DNA of 64,000 nucleotides from Candidatus Fiminaster equi (GTDB lineage Bacteria; Bacillota_I; Bacilli_A; RFN20; CAG-826): NCBI GenBank assembly GCA_018064745.1, contig JAGHUR010000011.1, positions 6,137 to 70,136 of the forward strand, read 5' to 3'. Shown piece by piece: positions 61,621 to 64,000 of this stretch (position 1 is its first letter; each line of letters starts with the position of its first letter). The notes under the pieces were generated by a model. It saw only the letters and a program-made list of their open reading frames with translations, ran no database searches and was not told where the DNA came from. The position numbers and the translations under genes were made by a program.

Positions 61621-62479
61621 GGTCGCAATTACTCAAATGAGCTGCTCCTCAAACTACGAGGAAAACATTAAAAAAGCCGAGAAAATGGTGGAAAATTGTG
61701 CAAAAGCAGGTGCAAATATCATTCTTTTGCAGGAACTTTTTTCTAATCTATATTTCTGCCAAGTCGAAGATTATGACAAGTTTGAATTAGCTGAAAATAG
61801 AAGCAAATCAAACTTAATTGAGCACTTTAAAAAAGTTGCAAAAAAATACAATGTAGTTCTTCCAATTTCATTCTTTGAAAAATCAGGAGCAAATTACTTT
61901 AATTCGTTAGTAATGATTGATGCTGATGGTAAAGATTTAGGGATGTATCGTAAAACACACATTCCAACTGGCGAATGTTACGAAGAAAAATTCTATTTCT
62001 CACCAGGAGATACAGGATTTAAAGTTTTCAAAACAAAATTTGGTCGTGTTGGTGTTGGAATTTGTTGGGATCAATGGTTCCCAGAAACTGCAAGAATTTT
62101 AGCATTAAAAGATGCAGAAATTTTACTTTATCCAACAGCAATTGGTTCTGAACCAGTTTTAGTGCGTGATTCCATGCCACACTGGCGCAATACAATGTGC
62201 GGTCATGCAGCTGCAAATATTATTCCTGTCTGTGCTTCCAACAGAGTTGGACTTGAAACAGCAGGAAAATCATCAATGACATTCCAAGGTTTCTCATTTA
62301 TAGCAGACCAATATGGAAATGTTGTTGAAGAAATGGACAGAAAAGAAGAAGGGTTCAGAGTACATGAATTTGACCTTCAATCAATAGATAAAGAAAGAGT
62401 TTCTTGGGGTGTGTTCAGAGATCGTAGACCAGAATGCTACAAGGAATTAATTGGTTATTCAAAAAACTTAGATGAATAA
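61610..62479 (+). CDS. aguB: N-carbamoylputrescine amidase (nitrilase superfamily)
   Basis: 289 aa. MKIKVAITQM. Catalytic Glu/Lys/Cys; Cys in GVGICWDQWFPE. Overlaps the fusion gene by 11 nt. Confidence 0.85.
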   Translation: MKIKVAITQMSCSSNYEENIKKAEKMVENCAKAGANIILLQELFSNLYFCQVEDYDKFELAENRSKSNLIEHFKKVAKKYNVVLPISFFEKSGANYFNSLVMIDADGKDLGMYRKTHIPTGECYEEKFYFSPGDTGFKVFKTKFGRVGVGICWDQWFPETARILALKDAEILLYPTAIGSEPVLVRDSMPHWRNTMCGHAAANIIPVCASNRVGLETAGKSSMTFQGFSFIADQYGNVVEEMDRKEEGFRVHEFDLQSIDKERVSWGVFRDRRPECYKELIGYSKNLDE

Positions 62480-63389
62480 GAACGATAAAAAGAGAGAAAT
62501 CCACAAAGGTAAAGTTAACCCAAATTCGATTAAAGAATTCAAGGTTAAAGAAGAGTGCGAACTCCTCTCTTTTTTGTTTGAAAAATTTCCAAACTTATCC
62601 AGAAATGCAGTTAAATCAATTCTCTCAGGACACTATGTTGGAGTGAATGGAGCACCGGTTTCTCAATACAATTTAAAGCTCTCAAAAGATGACGTCGTAA
62701 TTGTCTCAAAACAGCGAATTTCCCGCAAAAATCGCCGTGATTTACCGATTATTTATGAAAATGATGAGTTTATTGTTATAGATAAACCAAGCGGATTGTT
62801 AACTGTTCCGAGCGATAATGAAAAGGGCAGAACAGCCTATCGTATGGTTAATGATTATGTGCAACAAAAAGATAAGCACAATAGAGTATTTGTGGTTCAC
62901 CGTTTAGACGAAGACACGTCTGGTGTTTTGATGTTTGCTAAGAACGCAAAAATTAAAGATATTTTACAAAAAGAATGGGGCGAAATTGTTCTTGAAAGAG
63001 GATACTATGCTGTTGTTGAAGGGAACATGGAAAAACCAGAGGACACTTTTGTTGATTATTTAAAAGAAAATGCCCTCAATTTAATGTATGTTTCAAACGA
63101 CAGAAAAAATGGCAAAAGATGTGTAACACAATACAAAGTATTGAAATCAAATAAACTTTATTCGCTTTTAGATGTAAAAATTGATACAGGAAGAAAGAAC
63201 CAAATTCGTGTACAATTAGGTCATAGAGGACACCACGTAATCGGAGACGACAAATATGGTGAACCAGCCGATCCAATTAAACGTCTTGGACTTCATGCAT
63301 ACAAATTAAAATTTGTTCATCCTGTAACAAAGAAAATTTTTGTTTTTGAGTCTAAAATGCCAGCTCAATTTGAGAATTTGTTCCATTAA
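62472..63389 (+). CDS. RluA-family rRNA/tRNA pseudouridine synthase with N-terminal S4-like domain
   Basis: 305 aa. S4-like segment. Catalytic motif HRLDEDTSGVLMFAKN. Confidence 0.8.
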   Translation: MNKNDKKREIHKGKVNPNSIKEFKVKEECELLSFLFEKFPNLSRNAVKSILSGHYVGVNGAPVSQYNLKLSKDDVVIVSKQRISRKNRRDLPIIYENDEFIVIDKPSGLLTVPSDNEKGRTAYRMVNDYVQQKDKHNRVFVVHRLDEDTSGVLMFAKNAKIKDILQKEWGEIVLERGYYAVVEGNMEKPEDTFVDYLKENALNLMYVSNDRKNGKRCVTQYKVLKSNKLYSLLDVKIDTGRKNQIRVQLGHRGHHVIGDDKYGEPADPIKRLGLHAYKLKFVHPVTKKIFVFESKMPAQFENLFH

Positions 63390-63463
63390 TTCGTATTAGT
63401 TTTGTAGTAAAAAGGGCGCTCGTTATTGCGAGTGCTTTTTAGTTATGGTTTAATATATACGCA

Positions 63464-64000
63464 ATGAGACAGGCACTGTTAAAACTAAAAGATTCACTTC
63501 TCTCAACTTTACCAGTATTGGTGGTTGTTTTAGTTTTATATTTTGCAAAAGTTGCAAATTTTGAATCAAATCAACTTTGGGTTTTTGGCATCAGTGTTGT
63601 TTTTGTAATCATTGGTATGTGGTTATTTAACATGGGTTCAGAAACATCCATGTCTAGAATGGGTGAACTCATTGGTTCATCAATCACCAAAAAAAGAAGT
63701 ATGGCAATGCTTGTCATTATTTTCTTCTTGTTTGGTGCATTTATTACAATGGCTGAACCAGACCTATCAGTGCTTGCTGACCAAGTTCCTATCGATAGTA
63801 CAGTTTTAACTGTGAGTATCGGTGTTGGCGTTGGCATTTTCTTAGTTATTGGTGCCATTAGAATTCTTTTACAAAAACCTTTAACCTTATGGTTATTAGC
63901 GTTCTATGGTTTAATGTTTGCATTATGTTGTTTAGTTGATTACGCATATGTTCCACTTTCTTTAGATAGTGGTGGCGTAACAACTGGACCAATTACCGTT
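63464..64000 (+). CDS. DUF1538-family membrane protein (partial, runs off the window end)
   Basis: Open frame from the ATG at 63464 to the window end with no stop: MRQALLKLKDSLLSTLPVLVVVLVLYF...MAEPDLSVLA...SGGVTTGPITV. These motifs are typical of DUF1538 permease-like proteins. Not in the ORF track, probably because it lacks a stop. Confidence 0.5.
   Translation, partial: MRQALLKLKDSLLSTLPVLVVVLVLYFAKVANFESNQLWVFGISVVFVIIGMWLFNMGSETSMSRMGELIGSSITKKRSMAMLVIIFFLFGAFITMAEPDLSVLADQVPIDSTVLTVSIGVGVGIFLVIGAIRILLQKPLTLWLLAFYGLMFALCCLVDYAYVPLSLDSGGVTTGPITV

Noticed and set aside
1-64000. tRNA, rRNA, CRISPR, transposase or integrase genes
   Set aside because: No T-loop or acceptor-stem candidates in intergenic regions, which are all short. 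No repeat-spacer arrays. No ORF with DDE or tyrosine-recombinase motifs.

Overview
The window is the replication-origin neighbourhood of an AT-rich Bacillota genome, probably an Erysipelotrichia, Mollicutes or Lactobacillales-like lineage. This placement rests on codon usage, lipoprotein signal peptides and a small-type SRP RNA. About 70 genes are called. The DnaA-box cluster lies at 32.3-32.7 kb and is followed by dnaA-dnaN-yaaA-recF-gyrB-gyrA-serS on the plus strand. Left of the origin almost every gene is on the minus strand: rpmH-rnpA-yidC-jag-mnmE-tatD-rnmV-ksgA-ispE, pth-mfd-tilS-ftsH-dusB, lysS, rpsF-ssb-rpsR, gdpP-rplI-dnaB. Right of the origin most genes are on the plus strand: tadA, a P-type ATPase, psuG, degV, rpmE, metG, an arginine-to-putrescine module, an RluA-family pseudouridine synthase. 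Genes therefore run co-directionally with replication on both sides of oriC. Items worth a second look: an unannotated small SRP RNA (ffs) just upstream of tadA; a single 875-aa fusion of arginine decarboxylase (SpeA-like) and agmatine deiminase (AguA), followed by N-carbamoylputrescine amidase (AguB); a DltD/PatB-like plus MBOAT (PatA/DltB-like) O-acyltransferase cassette inserted in opposite orientation between dusB and lysS; a RelB/RelE-type toxin-antitoxin pair with a perfect 16-bp operator palindrome over its -10 box; a well-formed 40-codon small gene or sRNA between rpsF and lysS; an MscL with an expanded loop, translationally coupled to a small XRE-like protein; a surface-lipoprotein Endonuclease-I family nuclease; and several small or unknown proteins. 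No rRNA, tRNA, CRISPR array or transposase/integrase was seen. Coordinates and family assignments come from reading the translations and motifs by eye; no database searches were possible.
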